A stretch of 64,000 nucleotides of DNA from an uncultured Clostridia bacterium (GTDB lineage Bacteria; Bacillota; Clostridia; TANB77; CAG-508), in NCBI GenBank assembly GCA_947624195.1, contig CANQJH010000001.1, positions 49,233 through 113,232 on the forward strand. The letters are read 5' to 3'. The position numbers and the translations under genes were made by a program. Positions within the stretch are counted from its first letter, which is position 1. Each line of letters opens with the position of its first letter. Below are positions 51,657 through 62,247 of the stretch, piece after piece. A model generated the notes under the pieces. The model did not search any database. It was not told the origin of the DNA and was given only the letters and a program-made list of their open reading frames with translations.

Positions 51657-52319
51657 CTATTGTTTGATAGCAGAAACTATTGCAATTATTATTGATGTCA
51701 CAATTAATATAATAAACGAAACTGATATAATTGTTATAATTATCGTTTTTTTATTTTTTTCTTTTTCTTTTATTTCTTCTGCCTCATCTTTTAAAATCTT
51801 TGTTTCCAAAGTAGAAAATAATTTCATTAGTTGTTTTCTACTTGCCATTATAGTAGGAAGTGTAATAGCCATAGGTTCTTGGTTCACTAAGTATATAATA
51901 TTTAGAGAATAACTATATATAGGGAAGCCGAAGAATCTTATTTTTTCCCTTGATAAATATATATTTATTAAATCACTAGTTAGTATTTGAGTTTTTTGAA
52001 AATTAACTTGTAATTCTAAACATTTTTCATCTAATTTTAATTTATAGGTACAATTATAAATTGAAAATAAGAACAGTAATAATAGTAGTCCTAAACAATA
52101 TACCGCTATAATTAGATTATCTTTAAAGGTATAAACTAATAAGCAAAGCAATATTAGCATTAATACGATTATAAGGAATTTGTAATTAAATATAAAATTT
52201 TTATAATTTGATTTTAATTCGGACTTTCCGGATATTTGCGTTATTTGGCTATATTTATTATGATTTACTTTTTTGTAAATATCTCCTAATGTTCTTCCTT
52301 TATTAACATTTTTACTCAT
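51657..52319 (-). CDS. hypothetical membrane protein
   Basis: Two to three hydrophobic segments; no family assigned. Confidence 0.4.
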   Translation of the reverse strand: MSKNVNKGRTLGDIYKKVNHNKYSQITQISGKSELKSNYKNFIFNYKFLIIVLMLILLCLLVYTFKDNLIIAVYCLGLLLLLFLFSIYNCTYKLKLDEKCLELQVNFQKTQILTSDLINIYLSREKIRFFGFPIYSYSLNIIYLVNQEPMAITLPTIMASRKQLMKLFSTLETKILKDEAEEIKEKEKNKKTIIITIISVSFIILIVTSIIIAIVSAIKQ

Positions 52320-52424
52320 AATTAAACTCGTTCCTTTCTAAGGTCAAAAAATCTCTTGGAAAAGAATTAAATTTTAGCTAGGAAAACTGTAAGGGTTACA
52401 TTGATTGCAATTATTCTTTAAACT

Positions 52425-53615
52425 TTACTCCTCACCATTTACTAATCTTAACGTATCTCTAGCAATAACTAATTCTTCATTTGTTGGAATAACCCATACT
52501 TGTATTTTAGAATCATCGGTGGAAATTTTGATTTCTTCACCTTTTACAGAGTTTCTTTGATTATCAATTTTTACTCCCATATATTCTAAGTATTTGCAAA
52601 TATCTGCTCTAATGCCTACCTGGTTTTCTCCTACTCCAGCAGTAAATGTGATAACGTCAACTCCTTGCATAGCCATAGCATATTTTGCTATAAATCCAGC
52701 AACCGAGTATTTGTATTGTTTTAATGCTAAAATAGCTCTTTCATTTCCTTCTTGTGCAGCTGCTTCAATATCTCTTACATCCCTAGAAACTCCACTTATT
52801 CCATATAAGCCAGATTCTTGGTTTAGTATATTGTCCATTTCCTTTGATGTTAGATTTTCTTTTTCCATTAAAAAGGTTACGACTGAAGGATCTAAATCAC
52901 CTGAACGAGCACACATTGGTATACCAGCCACTGGGCTTAGTCCCATAGATGTTTCTACAGATTTTCCATTTTGAATTGCACAAATGCTTGCACCTTGTCC
53001 TAGATGGCAGTTAATTACTTTTAAATCTTTTCTATTTAAAATCTCTGATATTCTATTTGAAACATAATAATGTGAAGTTCCGTGAAATCCATATTTTCTT
53101 ATTTTGTATTGATCTTTATATTTATATGGAATTGGATAGGTATATCTTTCTTCAGGGATAGTCTGGTGGAAAGCTGTATCAAATACGGCAACCATAGGCT
53201 TTCCTGGCATAATTTCTTGACATGCTCTAATTCCTATAATAGCACAAGGATTATGTACTGGTGCTAGGCTTGAAATATCATCAATTGATTTTATAACATC
53301 TTCATTAATTAATACAGAACCTTTGAAAGTACTTCCTCCATGAACTATTCTGTGACCAATTGCGTTAATTTCATTTACATTAGATATAGACGGATATTCT
53401 TTGTTTAATAATTGTTCTATAACAAAATCTAATGCTTCCTTATGATTATTTACAGGATGTTCTAAAACATATTTTTCTCCGTTAATTTTATGTGTTAAAA
53501 AAGATTTCTCTCCTATTCTTTCATAGGTGCCTTTTGAAATTACCTCTTCATTTTCCATATTTATTAATTGATATTTTAAAGAAGAGCTTCCGCAATTTAT
53601 AACTAAAATTTTCAT
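52425..53615 (-). CDS. ackA: acetate kinase
   Basis: MKILVINCGSSSLKYQL N-terminus and conserved ASKHA-fold motifs. Confidence 0.9.
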   Translation of the reverse strand: MKILVINCGSSSLKYQLINMENEEVISKGTYERIGEKSFLTHKINGEKYVLEHPVNNHKEALDFVIEQLLNKEYPSISNVNEINAIGHRIVHGGSTFKGSVLINEDVIKSIDDISSLAPVHNPCAIIGIRACQEIMPGKPMVAVFDTAFHQTIPEERYTYPIPYKYKDQYKIRKYGFHGTSHYYVSNRISEILNRKDLKVINCHLGQGASICAIQNGKSVETSMGLSPVAGIPMCARSGDLDPSVVTFLMEKENLTSKEMDNILNQESGLYGISGVSRDVRDIEAAAQEGNERAILALKQYKYSVAGFIAKYAMAMQGVDVITFTAGVGENQVGIRADICKYLEYMGVKIDNQRNSVKGEEIKISTDDSKIQVWVIPTNEELVIARDTLRLVNGEE

Positions 53616-53696
53616 ATTTATTTTTCCTTTCTTGGCTTAAAATTTGCACGCACTTAACATTAAATTTAATCTATTAACTAATAATAATTCTAACAA

Positions 53697-54890
53697 TTAT
53701 GAGCATAGATGTTTTGTTTCATATGCAATAGCAAGTTCCTCATTTGTTGGTACAACATATACATGCACTTTTGAATCATCAGCTGAAATTTTGGCTTCAA
53801 CTGCAAAAGCATCTTTATTTGCTTTGCTATCTAGTTTAACACCCATAAATGATAGGTAGTTACAAATAGCTTCTCTTGACTGAGGGCCCCTCTCTCCTAC
53901 TCCGGCAGTAAATGATATAACATCTACACCGTTCATTGCCACAGCACATCTAGCTATATAACATGCAATTAGATAATGGTAATTATCAAGAGCAAGCTGT
54001 GCCATTTCATTTCCTTCGGATTGAGCTTTTTCAATATCTCTATTGTCAGACGAAACACCTGAAATACCATATAAGCCAGATTTTTTGTTTAATATTGTTT
54101 CCATTTGTTCTGGAGTTAAATTTTCTTTTCTCATAATATATGTAACAACTGATGGATCTAAATCTCCTGAACGAGAACCCATTGGAATACCTGCAACAGG
54201 AGTAAGTCCCATTGATGTTTCAACTGATTTTCCATTTTGTATAGCGCAAATGCTTGCACCCTGTCCAATATGGCAGTTTATAATTTTTAAGTCTTCAACT
54301 GGTTTTCCCTCAATTTCTGCCACTCTTTTTGAAACATACATATGTGATGTGCCATGGAAACCATATTTTCTTATTCCATATTTTTCATAATATTCATATG
54401 GAATTGGATAAATAAATCTTTCTTTAGGTATTGTTTGATGAAATGCTGTATCAAAAACAACTACATTAGGCTTACCTGGAATGTCGCGTTCGCAAGCTTC
54501 TATTACCATAGCAGCTGCTGCATTATGTAGTGGAGCTAATTCAGCACATCTCTTTATTTCTGCTAAAACACTGTCATCTACTAAAACAGATTTGTTAAAT
54601 TTTTCTCCTCCATGTACTATTCTATGACCAATGCTGTCGATTTCATCTAGTGATTTAATTACTCCATATTCACTATGTAATAATTGGCCTAAAACAAATT
54701 TTAATGCTTGTTCATGATTTTGAACTGGATTCTCAATTTTTATTTTTTCTCCATTTACCTTATGTGTTACAAATGAATTGTCACTTCCTATCCTTTCGTA
54801 ATTTCCTGATGCAAGGGTATTTGCAGTATCCATATCTATTAATTGATATTTCAATGATGAACTTCCTGCATTTAAAACTAAAATTTTCAT
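53697..54890 (-). CDS. acetate kinase paralog
   Basis: MKILVLNAGSSSLKYQLIDM; full-length paralog directly upstream of ackA, with an acetate-kinase-type rather than butyrate-kinase-type N-terminus. Confidence 0.85.
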   Translation of the reverse strand: MKILVLNAGSSSLKYQLIDMDTANTLASGNYERIGSDNSFVTHKVNGEKIKIENPVQNHEQALKFVLGQLLHSEYGVIKSLDEIDSIGHRIVHGGEKFNKSVLVDDSVLAEIKRCAELAPLHNAAAAMVIEACERDIPGKPNVVVFDTAFHQTIPKERFIYPIPYEYYEKYGIRKYGFHGTSHMYVSKRVAEIEGKPVEDLKIINCHIGQGASICAIQNGKSVETSMGLTPVAGIPMGSRSGDLDPSVVTYIMRKENLTPEQMETILNKKSGLYGISGVSSDNRDIEKAQSEGNEMAQLALDNYHYLIACYIARCAVAMNGVDVISFTAGVGERGPQSREAICNYLSFMGVKLDSKANKDAFAVEAKISADDSKVHVYVVPTNEELAIAYETKHLCS

Positions 54891-54937
54891 AATTATACCT
54901 CCTATTTAGTTAAATTTTTAAATTAATTATTTTTTAT

Positions 54938-55948
54938 TTATTTGTTGTTTTGAGCTTGGACAGCTGTTATTGCAATAACTCCTGCTACATCTTCAGCCGA
55001 ACAACCACGAGATAGGTCATTTACGGGTTTGGCCAACCCCTGACACAAAGGGCCATATGCTTGAGCGTGTCCAAATCTTTGAACTAATTTATATCCTATG
55101 TTACCTGCATTTAAATCTGGGAATATTAAAATATTTGCATGTCCTGCGACATTACTTTCTGGAGCCTTTAATTTAGCTACTTCTGGTATGATAGCAGCGT
55201 CAAGCTGGAGTTCACCATCTACAGATAAATTCGGTTCTTTTGCTTGCGCTAATTTAGTCGCTTCTACCACTTTATCAGTAAGCTCAGATTTTGCACTTCC
55301 TTTTGTTGAATATGAAAGCATTGCAATTTGGGGTGTAACTGTTTTAGAAACTAATTCATTAAATGATATACTTGAAGATATAGCTATATCTGATAACTGC
55401 TCTGCATTTGGATTTTCGTTCATACCACAATCAGCAAATATCAATTTACCATCTACACCAAATTCTTTATCTTGTAATATCATTATAAAAAATGCTGAAA
55501 CTGTTTTAACACCCTCTGCTCCTTTTATTATTTGCAAAACCGGTCTTAATGTATCTGATGTTGGATGACATGCTCCTGAAACAAATCCGTCAGCATCGCC
55601 ATGTTTAACCATCATGGTTGCGAAATACCTTGAATTCTCAGAAAGCAGCTGTCTTGCTTCATCTAAAGTCATACCTTTTGCTTTTCTTAACTCATACAAT
55701 GAGTTAGCATATTCTTCATATTTTAATGACTCTGTAGGATTAACTATGTTAGCTTGTTGTATGTCAATATTATTTTCATTTGCTAGCTTACTAATGTCAC
55801 TTGGATTACCAAGTAAAATAATATTTGCAAAGTTTTCTTTTAGTGCAATTTCAGCACCCTTTAAAATTCTTACATCATTTGATTCAGGCAAGACTATAGT
55901 TTTTATACTTTTCTTTGCCCTTTCTTTAATTTCATCAATAAAATTCAT
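54938..55948 (-). CDS. pta: phosphate acetyltransferase
   Basis: Pta/Ptb family. The Met at 55948 (MNFIDEIKERAK) has an aagagga RBS; the track extends to an upstream Met at 56005. Confidence 0.85.
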   Translation of the reverse strand: MNFIDEIKERAKKSIKTIVLPESNDVRILKGAEIALKENFANIILLGNPSDISKLANENNIDIQQANIVNPTESLKYEEYANSLYELRKAKGMTLDEARQLLSENSRYFATMMVKHGDADGFVSGACHPTSDTLRPVLQIIKGAEGVKTVSAFFIMILQDKEFGVDGKLIFADCGMNENPNAEQLSDIAISSSISFNELVSKTVTPQIAMLSYSTKGSAKSELTDKVVEATKLAQAKEPNLSVDGELQLDAAIIPEVAKLKAPESNVAGHANILIFPDLNAGNIGYKLVQRFGHAQAYGPLCQGLAKPVNDLSRGCSAEDVAGVIAITAVQAQNNK

Positions 55949-56136
55949 TTTATCCTCTTTTCTTTTTGATGTTTTAATTATATATAAAATAAAGAAAAAA
56001 TACAATACTAATTGATTGAAAAGTTAGTGCTTTTTTGGTTAAAATTTGTGTGTGGACTTAAAAAGTACAAAATTGACATTAAAATTCAAAATGGCCCTCA
56101 TTTGAGAGCCATTTTTTTGTAAGGTGCATCATGTTA

Positions 56137-57477
56137 TTACTGATGCAAAAAAGTACCACGGACAATCATGTCCTCATCATTAGGGCCAATGCCAATAAAG
56201 GCAATCGGAACTCCAACAAAGTTTTCGATAAATTCAATATAATCTCTAGCCTCTTTGGGAAGATCTTGATAAGTTTGACACCCATCAGGAATCCTCCAAC
56301 CGGGGAAAGATTTGTATTGATATGATAGTACTCTTACATCAGTTAAGTCTGTCGGCACATAGCTTATTTCTTGCAGCTGAGAGGCCGAAAGATAACTAGT
56401 ACAAACACGTATTTCTCCATGTTGCAAACCAATTTGACCAATTGTATCAAGATGATTGATGGCCAAACAGTTTTGACTATTGGCTTGAGCTACGTATTTG
56501 AGTTGAACAAGGTCGAGCCAACCACATCTTCTGGGTCTTCCAGTTGTTGTACCATATTCGTGTCCCATTTCTCTAATTAGATTGCCAACATCATCATTAA
56601 GTTCAGTTGGGAAACAACCATTCCCCACTCTTGATGTGTAGGCTTTGAAGACACCAATGCAGTATTTAGCATGAAGTGGTCCAATACATGCAGCTGAAAG
56701 AGTTCCAGAAGCATCAGGATTTGTAGAGGAACAATACGGATAATATCCATGATCCAACGATAAGGAGAAAGACTGGGCTCCCTCGAAGAGAATAATCTTT
56801 CCCGCTTCACAAGCTTCGTTCAAAATGACCTGAGTATTGCAGATAAACGGATCTATAAGTTCCGCATATTTCTTGCAATAATCAATACACTCTTGCTGGA
56901 TATTTGGATTTTCACGGATGATGTCATAGGGCACTGTGCGGAAGATTTCTTCAATGCGATTTTCAAAAGTATTTTTTTGTAAATCAATCATTCTTACCGC
57001 AATACGAGCAGCCTTATCTTCAACCGTAGGACCTATTCCTCTTTTTGTTGTACCAATACTGCCATCACCTTTGACTTTTTCTTCCCATTCATCTTTTAGA
57101 ATGTTGTAAGGAAGAATAACAGTAATGCGATCACTAATTTTGAGATTTTTGGGAGAAACTTCAATTCCATTTTTTCTTAGAAATTTGATTTCATCCCAAA
57201 GCACATTTAAATCAACGAGCATTCCTGGAGCCATAACACAGGTAGCAGTTCCTCTAACGATTCCAGTTGGCACCAAGTGCAACGGATACTTTATGCCACT
57301 GTAGACAACAGTATGCCCTGCATTGTTGCCACCTGTGGACCGAACAATTAAGTCAGCCCATTGTGCTAAAAAACAAAGAACTTTACCTTTTCCCTCATCT
57401 CCCCAAGCATCGCCGTTAACCGTAATAACGTTTTGAGTCATCGGCTTACTCAGAGGAACAAAGTCTAACATAAACAC
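56137..57477 (-). CDS. purA: adenylosuccinate synthetase
   Basis: GDEGKGK P-loop, GIGP, TTGR and GPxxxE motifs. GC content is visibly higher than neighbouring genes. Confidence 0.8.
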   Translation of the reverse strand: MFMLDFVPLSKPMTQNVITVNGDAWGDEGKGKVLCFLAQWADLIVRSTGGNNAGHTVVYSGIKYPLHLVPTGIVRGTATCVMAPGMLVDLNVLWDEIKFLRKNGIEVSPKNLKISDRITVILPYNILKDEWEEKVKGDGSIGTTKRGIGPTVEDKAARIAVRMIDLQKNTFENRIEEIFRTVPYDIIRENPNIQQECIDYCKKYAELIDPFICNTQVILNEACEAGKIILFEGAQSFSLSLDHGYYPYCSSTNPDASGTLSAACIGPLHAKYCIGVFKAYTSRVGNGCFPTELNDDVGNLIREMGHEYGTTTGRPRRCGWLDLVQLKYVAQANSQNCLAINHLDTIGQIGLQHGEIRVCTSYLSASQLQEISYVPTDLTDVRVLSYQYKSFPGWRIPDGCQTYQDLPKEARDYIEFIENFVGVPIAFIGIGPNDEDMIVRGTFLHQ

Positions 57478-57607
57478 ACCTTCTTTTTGATAGTATTATA
57501 TAAGTAAAGCACCTTACAGCTTATCATTTTATCATAAATTTACACATATATCAAGTTTTTAGGCAAATAAAAAATGTAAAGTTTTTGCACTTTACATTTA
57601 TAGTAAA

Positions 57608-57940
57608 TCTATAAGCCGGGTTCTGTCTAGAATGGTCATTTATCTAGGATATATATTGCTATATACCTCAAGCCACCAAATTTAGAGGACGACGAGCAGT
57701 CTTAACCCTCTAGTCTCGGTGTTGCTCCAGATGGGGTTTACACGGCTAGATGTATCACTACATCTACGGTGAGCTCTTACCTCGCCTTTTCACCCTTACC
57801 ATTTACATGGCGGTTATTTTCTGTTGCACTTTCCTTAAGGTTACCCTCACTTGACGTTATCAAGCATCCTTGCTCTACGGAGCCCGGACTTTCCTCATAC
57901 GCTGCCTTTCGGCCTTGCAATACGCGACCATTTAACTTAC
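57608..57940 (-). ncRNA. rnpB: RNase P RNA
   Basis: Minus-strand sequence contains GAGGAAAGTCCGGGCTCC, GGTAAGGGTGAAAAGGCGAGGTAAGAGCTCACC and the 3' ACAGAACCCGGCTTA. A hairpin plus T-run terminator follows. The track ORFs 57769..57960 and 57777..57977 are spurious. Confidence 0.8.
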
Positions 57941-57978
57941 TAAATTTAATTATACAATGATTTGCGTGCTTTGTCAAA

Positions 57979-60141
57979 CTATGAATTTACGTTCTTCATT
58001 GAGAGTTTTACTTTTTGTTTTTCGAAGTCTATGCCGATTACTCTAACTTTGACCACATCGCCTATTGAAACAATATCTGATGGTCTTCTTACAAACTTGT
58101 CGCTCATCTCAGATATATGTACTAATCCATCATGTTTAACTCCAACATCAACAAAAGCACCAAAATCAGTTATATTTCTAACTGTTCCTGTCAAAATCAT
58201 ATCTTCTTTTAAGTCTTCAAATTTTAGAACATCACTTCTTAAAATAGGCTTTGGCATATCTTCTCTAGGGTCTCTTCCTGGCTTGCAAAGTTCGCTAATG
58301 ATGTCACTTAGGGTTATATCCCCTACTTCTAATTCTTTTGCTGTTTTTTCAATATCTATTTTTGAAAGTTTGGTTTTGATTTCTTTTAATTTTTCTTTGT
58401 CCAATATATCTTCTTTTTTATTTTCAATTGTTTCAAGTAATTTCTCAGTTATTTTATAACTTTCAGGGTGAACTGCTGTAATTTCTAATGGATTTTTTCC
58501 ATTTGGTATTCTTATAAATCCTGCACATTGTTCAAAAGCATTTTTTCCTAGTTTAGGAACCTTTAATAGTTGTTTTCTTTCAGTAAATTTTCCATTTTCA
58601 TCTCTGTATTTAACTATATTTTTTGCAATTCCAGAATTAATACCAGAAACATATGATAGAAGCGATGATGTTGCTGTGTTAACATCTACACCTACTTCAT
58701 TAACTGCATCTTCTACAACTCCTGATAAGGTTTCTGATAATTGTTTTTGATTTACATCGTGTTGATATTGTCCAATTCCTATTGCTTTTGGGTCAATTTT
58801 TACAAACTCAGCTAATGGGTCTTGTAATCTTCTAGCTATTGAAATTGCACCTCTTAATGAAACATTTAAGTCCGGATATTCTTCAGTTGCTAATTTTGAT
58901 GCAGAATAAACAGATGCTCCTGCTTCACTAACAATCGTATAATAAACCTCAATTCCCGATTTTTCTTTAAGTTCTTTTATTGTATCTGAAATAAACATCT
59001 CTGATTCTCGTGAAGCTGTTCCATTTCCTATTGCTATCATATTTATATTGTCCTTTAGAATTAGTCTAGTTATTTCCTTTTTTGCTCCCTCAATGTCATT
59101 TTGTGGTTCTGTTGGATATACTACACCAGTATCAAGTACTTTTCCTGTCTCATCAATAACTGCTAATTTGCAACCTGTTCTATATGCAGGGTCAAATCCT
59201 AGTACAGTTAAGCCTTTTAATGGAGCACCTAAAAGAAGTTGCTTAGCATTTTTACCAAATACTATTATGGCTTGCTTGTCTGCCTTTTCAGTTAAATCTG
59301 AGCGAATCTCCCTATCTACAGATGGTTCAATTAATCTTCCCCAGCTGTCATCGATTGCTTCTTTTATTAAATTAGCTCTATCTCCTTGTGAACTAATCAT
59401 TTTTTTGCAAATTAGTTCTATTATCTTGTCTTCGTTTTTCTTTATCTTTACTTTTAAAAATTCTTCTTTTTCTCCTCTATTAATCGCCAAAATCCTATGA
59501 CTAGGAATTGTAGAAAGTTTTTCATTAAAGTCATAATACATTTCGTAAGGAGATTTTTCATCTTCTTTTGCTGATGTTGTTTCGATTGTGCCCTCTCTAT
59601 AATAGATACCTTTTATTTTTTTTCTAAAATATGGGTCATCCGATACTATTTCTGCGATAATGTCCTTTGCTCCTTGTATAGCATCATCAACGTCAGCTAC
59701 TTCATCTGTTATAAACTCTTTGGCGACTTCTCTTATATTATGTACATCTTTTTGCTCTAGTATATTTTGAGCTAATGGCTCTAATCCTTTTTGTTTAGCT
59801 ATTATGGCTCTCGTTTTCTTTTTTTGCTTATATGGTCTGTAAATATCTTCTACCTCTGCTAAGGTAACTGCGTTTTCCAATTCTTTGGCAATTTCATCTG
59901 TCCATTTTCCTTGATTTTCAATTGATGTTTGGACTTCCGACTTTCTTTGTTCTAGATTTCTTAAATAGGTCAATCTTTCAAATAATTCTCTTAGCGTTTC
60001 GTCACTTAAATTACCTGTTGCTTCTTTTCTATACCTAGCGATGAATGGAATTGTATTCCCTTCATCAATTAAAGATATTGTTTTTTGAACTTGATAGTCC
60101 TTTATGTTTAATTCATTTGCTATTATATTTGTTATATTCAT
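57979..60141 (-). CDS. tex: transcription accessory protein Tex
   Basis: YqgF/RuvC-like and HhH domains with a C-terminal S1 domain (GTVRNITDFGAFVDVG). Confidence 0.85.
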   Translation of the reverse strand: MNITNIIANELNIKDYQVQKTISLIDEGNTIPFIARYRKEATGNLSDETLRELFERLTYLRNLEQRKSEVQTSIENQGKWTDEIAKELENAVTLAEVEDIYRPYKQKKKTRAIIAKQKGLEPLAQNILEQKDVHNIREVAKEFITDEVADVDDAIQGAKDIIAEIVSDDPYFRKKIKGIYYREGTIETTSAKEDEKSPYEMYYDFNEKLSTIPSHRILAINRGEKEEFLKVKIKKNEDKIIELICKKMISSQGDRANLIKEAIDDSWGRLIEPSVDREIRSDLTEKADKQAIIVFGKNAKQLLLGAPLKGLTVLGFDPAYRTGCKLAVIDETGKVLDTGVVYPTEPQNDIEGAKKEITRLILKDNINMIAIGNGTASRESEMFISDTIKELKEKSGIEVYYTIVSEAGASVYSASKLATEEYPDLNVSLRGAISIARRLQDPLAEFVKIDPKAIGIGQYQHDVNQKQLSETLSGVVEDAVNEVGVDVNTATSSLLSYVSGINSGIAKNIVKYRDENGKFTERKQLLKVPKLGKNAFEQCAGFIRIPNGKNPLEITAVHPESYKITEKLLETIENKKEDILDKEKLKEIKTKLSKIDIEKTAKELEVGDITLSDIISELCKPGRDPREDMPKPILRSDVLKFEDLKEDMILTGTVRNITDFGAFVDVGVKHDGLVHISEMSDKFVRRPSDIVSIGDVVKVRVIGIDFEKQKVKLSMKNVNS

Positions 60142-60187
60142 ATATTTTTATCGTATAATAATACGAATTTCTCCTTTCACTATCTTT

Positions 60188-61150
60188 TTATAAATTTTCT
60201 AATTCTTGCATTACATTTTTATATCCCATATAGAAAATATCTCTATCACTTATCTGTGAAATTCTTTCTAAATTTTCTATGATAACATATGTTTTTTGTA
60301 ATGCGCTTTTTTGTTCTTCACTTCTGTCTGATGAAGAGACAATGGCTGAAAAATTACTTTTTGCCTCAGAGATACAAGATGTTACATCGTTCCATCTATC
60401 TCCTGTAGATACTAGCACGTAGGCATTTAGTATGTTTAATTTCGTGTAATATAAATTTAAAGTATAATTATCAACATTTATGCTTGATAAATATTTTGGT
60501 AAATTTATATACATATTATATAAATTTATTAAAGTATTTTCTTTTTCTTTATTTTTTATAGCTTGTACTGCCCCATCCATGGATAATGAAAAGCTATTAA
60601 TCAATTCATTTGCAATTCCTTGTTTTTGTAAATCCAAATTTATTGTTGGCCATGCTGAGTATAAATTTTCAAATGCAAAAGATATTTTAGTCCAGTCTAC
60701 TTCTGTTGAGGGTGACTCTAAAGTTGTGTTGGGAACCAAATCAGATACTGTAGTAGTATTTGTTTGATTTCCACCTTGAGACTGTGATTCACCAGATGAC
60801 TGAGATGATTGACTAGATGAGCCCTGCTCTTGAGAAGATCCTTGATTTGAGCCTTGGCTAGATTGTTGATTATTTGAGCTAGACGATTCCGAAGAAGGGT
60901 CATTTACTTCTTTAGTATAAACCTTGTATTTCGTTAGATAAATATTATTTAATTGATTCATTATATCAATTATATTTGAATCTATATAAGAAATCTCTTC
61001 ACTAATCTTACCTTTTAAATCCTTATCGCTTGACTGAGCATTTACGCTTGATACCTTTATATAAATTAGAGTAATCATAAGTATAACGCAAATTATTCCA
61101 AGAATTATTGCTATATATTTACCAATATTTTTTTTCATAAATTCCTCCAA
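60188..61150 (-). CDS. membrane-anchored hypothetical protein with a Ser/Gln-rich linker
   Basis: N-terminal transmembrane helix, an SSQGSNQGSSQEQGSSSQ low-complexity stretch and a C-terminal globular domain. Confidence 0.45.
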   Translation of the reverse strand: MEEFMKKNIGKYIAIILGIICVILMITLIYIKVSSVNAQSSDKDLKGKISEEISYIDSNIIDIMNQLNNIYLTKYKVYTKEVNDPSSESSSSNNQQSSQGSNQGSSQEQGSSSQSSQSSGESQSQGGNQTNTTTVSDLVPNTTLESPSTEVDWTKISFAFENLYSAWPTINLDLQKQGIANELINSFSLSMDGAVQAIKNKEKENTLINLYNMYINLPKYLSSINVDNYTLNLYYTKLNILNAYVLVSTGDRWNDVTSCISEAKSNFSAIVSSSDRSEEQKSALQKTYVIIENLERISQISDRDIFYMGYKNVMQELENL

Positions 61151-61202
61151 AATTAATTTTTATTTATTATTTCTATTTTAGAGAAATTTATTCTTTATAA
61201 GT

Positions 61203-62201
61203 TTATTCTATCTCAAATTTTAAACTTCTTGTCATTAATTGCTTTACAGCTTCTTTTGGGTCAAGTTTATTATTTAAAACTTTATATGCTGCATTTATTA
61301 TTGGCATGTCTAAATTATATTTTTCTAATAATTTTTTAGCGACTTCAATATTATCAATACTTTCAATAGTCATACCAATTTGACTTTTTATTTCTTCAAG
61401 AGATAATCCTTTTCCGATTAACTTTCCTGCTCTTCTATTTCTTGATTCATCACTTGTGCAAGTTAAAATTATATCACCTAATCCTGATAAGCCATAAAAA
61501 GTCTCATTCATCGCACCCATCTTAACTCCTAGTCTTGCTATTTCAGCTAGACCTCTAGTGATTAAAGCGGCTTGTGCATTAATTCCCATATTAAGTTCTG
61601 ATGCAATTCCTACACAAAGTGCAATAATGTTTTTGAATGTTCCGCCAACTTCAACTCCTGTAATATCAGTAGATTTATAGACTCTTAAATATTCATTTGA
61701 AAAAATGTCTGGAATTTCTTCAAGTATTTTTTCATCTTTTGAAGCTAGAATCACTGCTGTTGGGATATGATTTACAAGTTCCTCAGCATAGCTTGGGCCT
61801 GACAAAACAGCCACTCTTGCGCTAGGAAGCTCACTTAGTATTACTTTATCAAGTGTGCTTAAAGTTTCAGCTTCTATCCCCTTTGAACAAATTATTATTG
61901 GTTTATCTAAAACATATTCTTTGTATTTAATAAATGTCTCTCTTGTAAATTTAGATGGAGTTACATGTAAAATCATGCTACTATCTACTACAACTTCTTT
62001 TATATCAGTATAGCAATAGACATTTTCATTTACCTTCATGTTCGGAATAAATTTGCATGTATGCTCATTATTAATAATATCTTTTTCTTCTTCTGAAAAA
62101 GACCACACTTTAACTTTATTTCCTTTTTCACCTAAATGATTTGCAAGAGCCATGCCCCAGCTTCCGCTTCCCACTATCGCAATTGTTCTACTCATTTGCA
62201 T
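61203..62201 (-). CDS. gpsA: NAD(P)H-dependent glycerol-3-phosphate dehydrogenase
   Basis: N-terminal Rossmann motif IAIVGSGSWG and a conserved C-terminal domain. Confidence 0.9.
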   Translation of the reverse strand: MQMSRTIAIVGSGSWGMALANHLGEKGNKVKVWSFSEEEKDIINNEHTCKFIPNMKVNENVYCYTDIKEVVVDSSMILHVTPSKFTRETFIKYKEYVLDKPIIICSKGIEAETLSTLDKVILSELPSARVAVLSGPSYAEELVNHIPTAVILASKDEKILEEIPDIFSNEYLRVYKSTDITGVEVGGTFKNIIALCVGIASELNMGINAQAALITRGLAEIARLGVKMGAMNETFYGLSGLGDIILTCTSDESRNRRAGKLIGKGLSLEEIKSQIGMTIESIDNIEVAKKLLEKYNLDMPIINAAYKVLNNKLDPKEAVKQLMTRSLKFEIE

Positions 62202-62247
62202 TTGTTCCTTTCTCGATTAATTCATTAATTTAAAATGGCTAAAAAAC

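Noticed and set aside
57769-57977. Two overlapping 63-aa and 66-aa ORFs on opposite strands
   Set aside because: Both lie entirely within the RNase P RNA gene and are artefacts of ORF calling in a GC-rich structured RNA.
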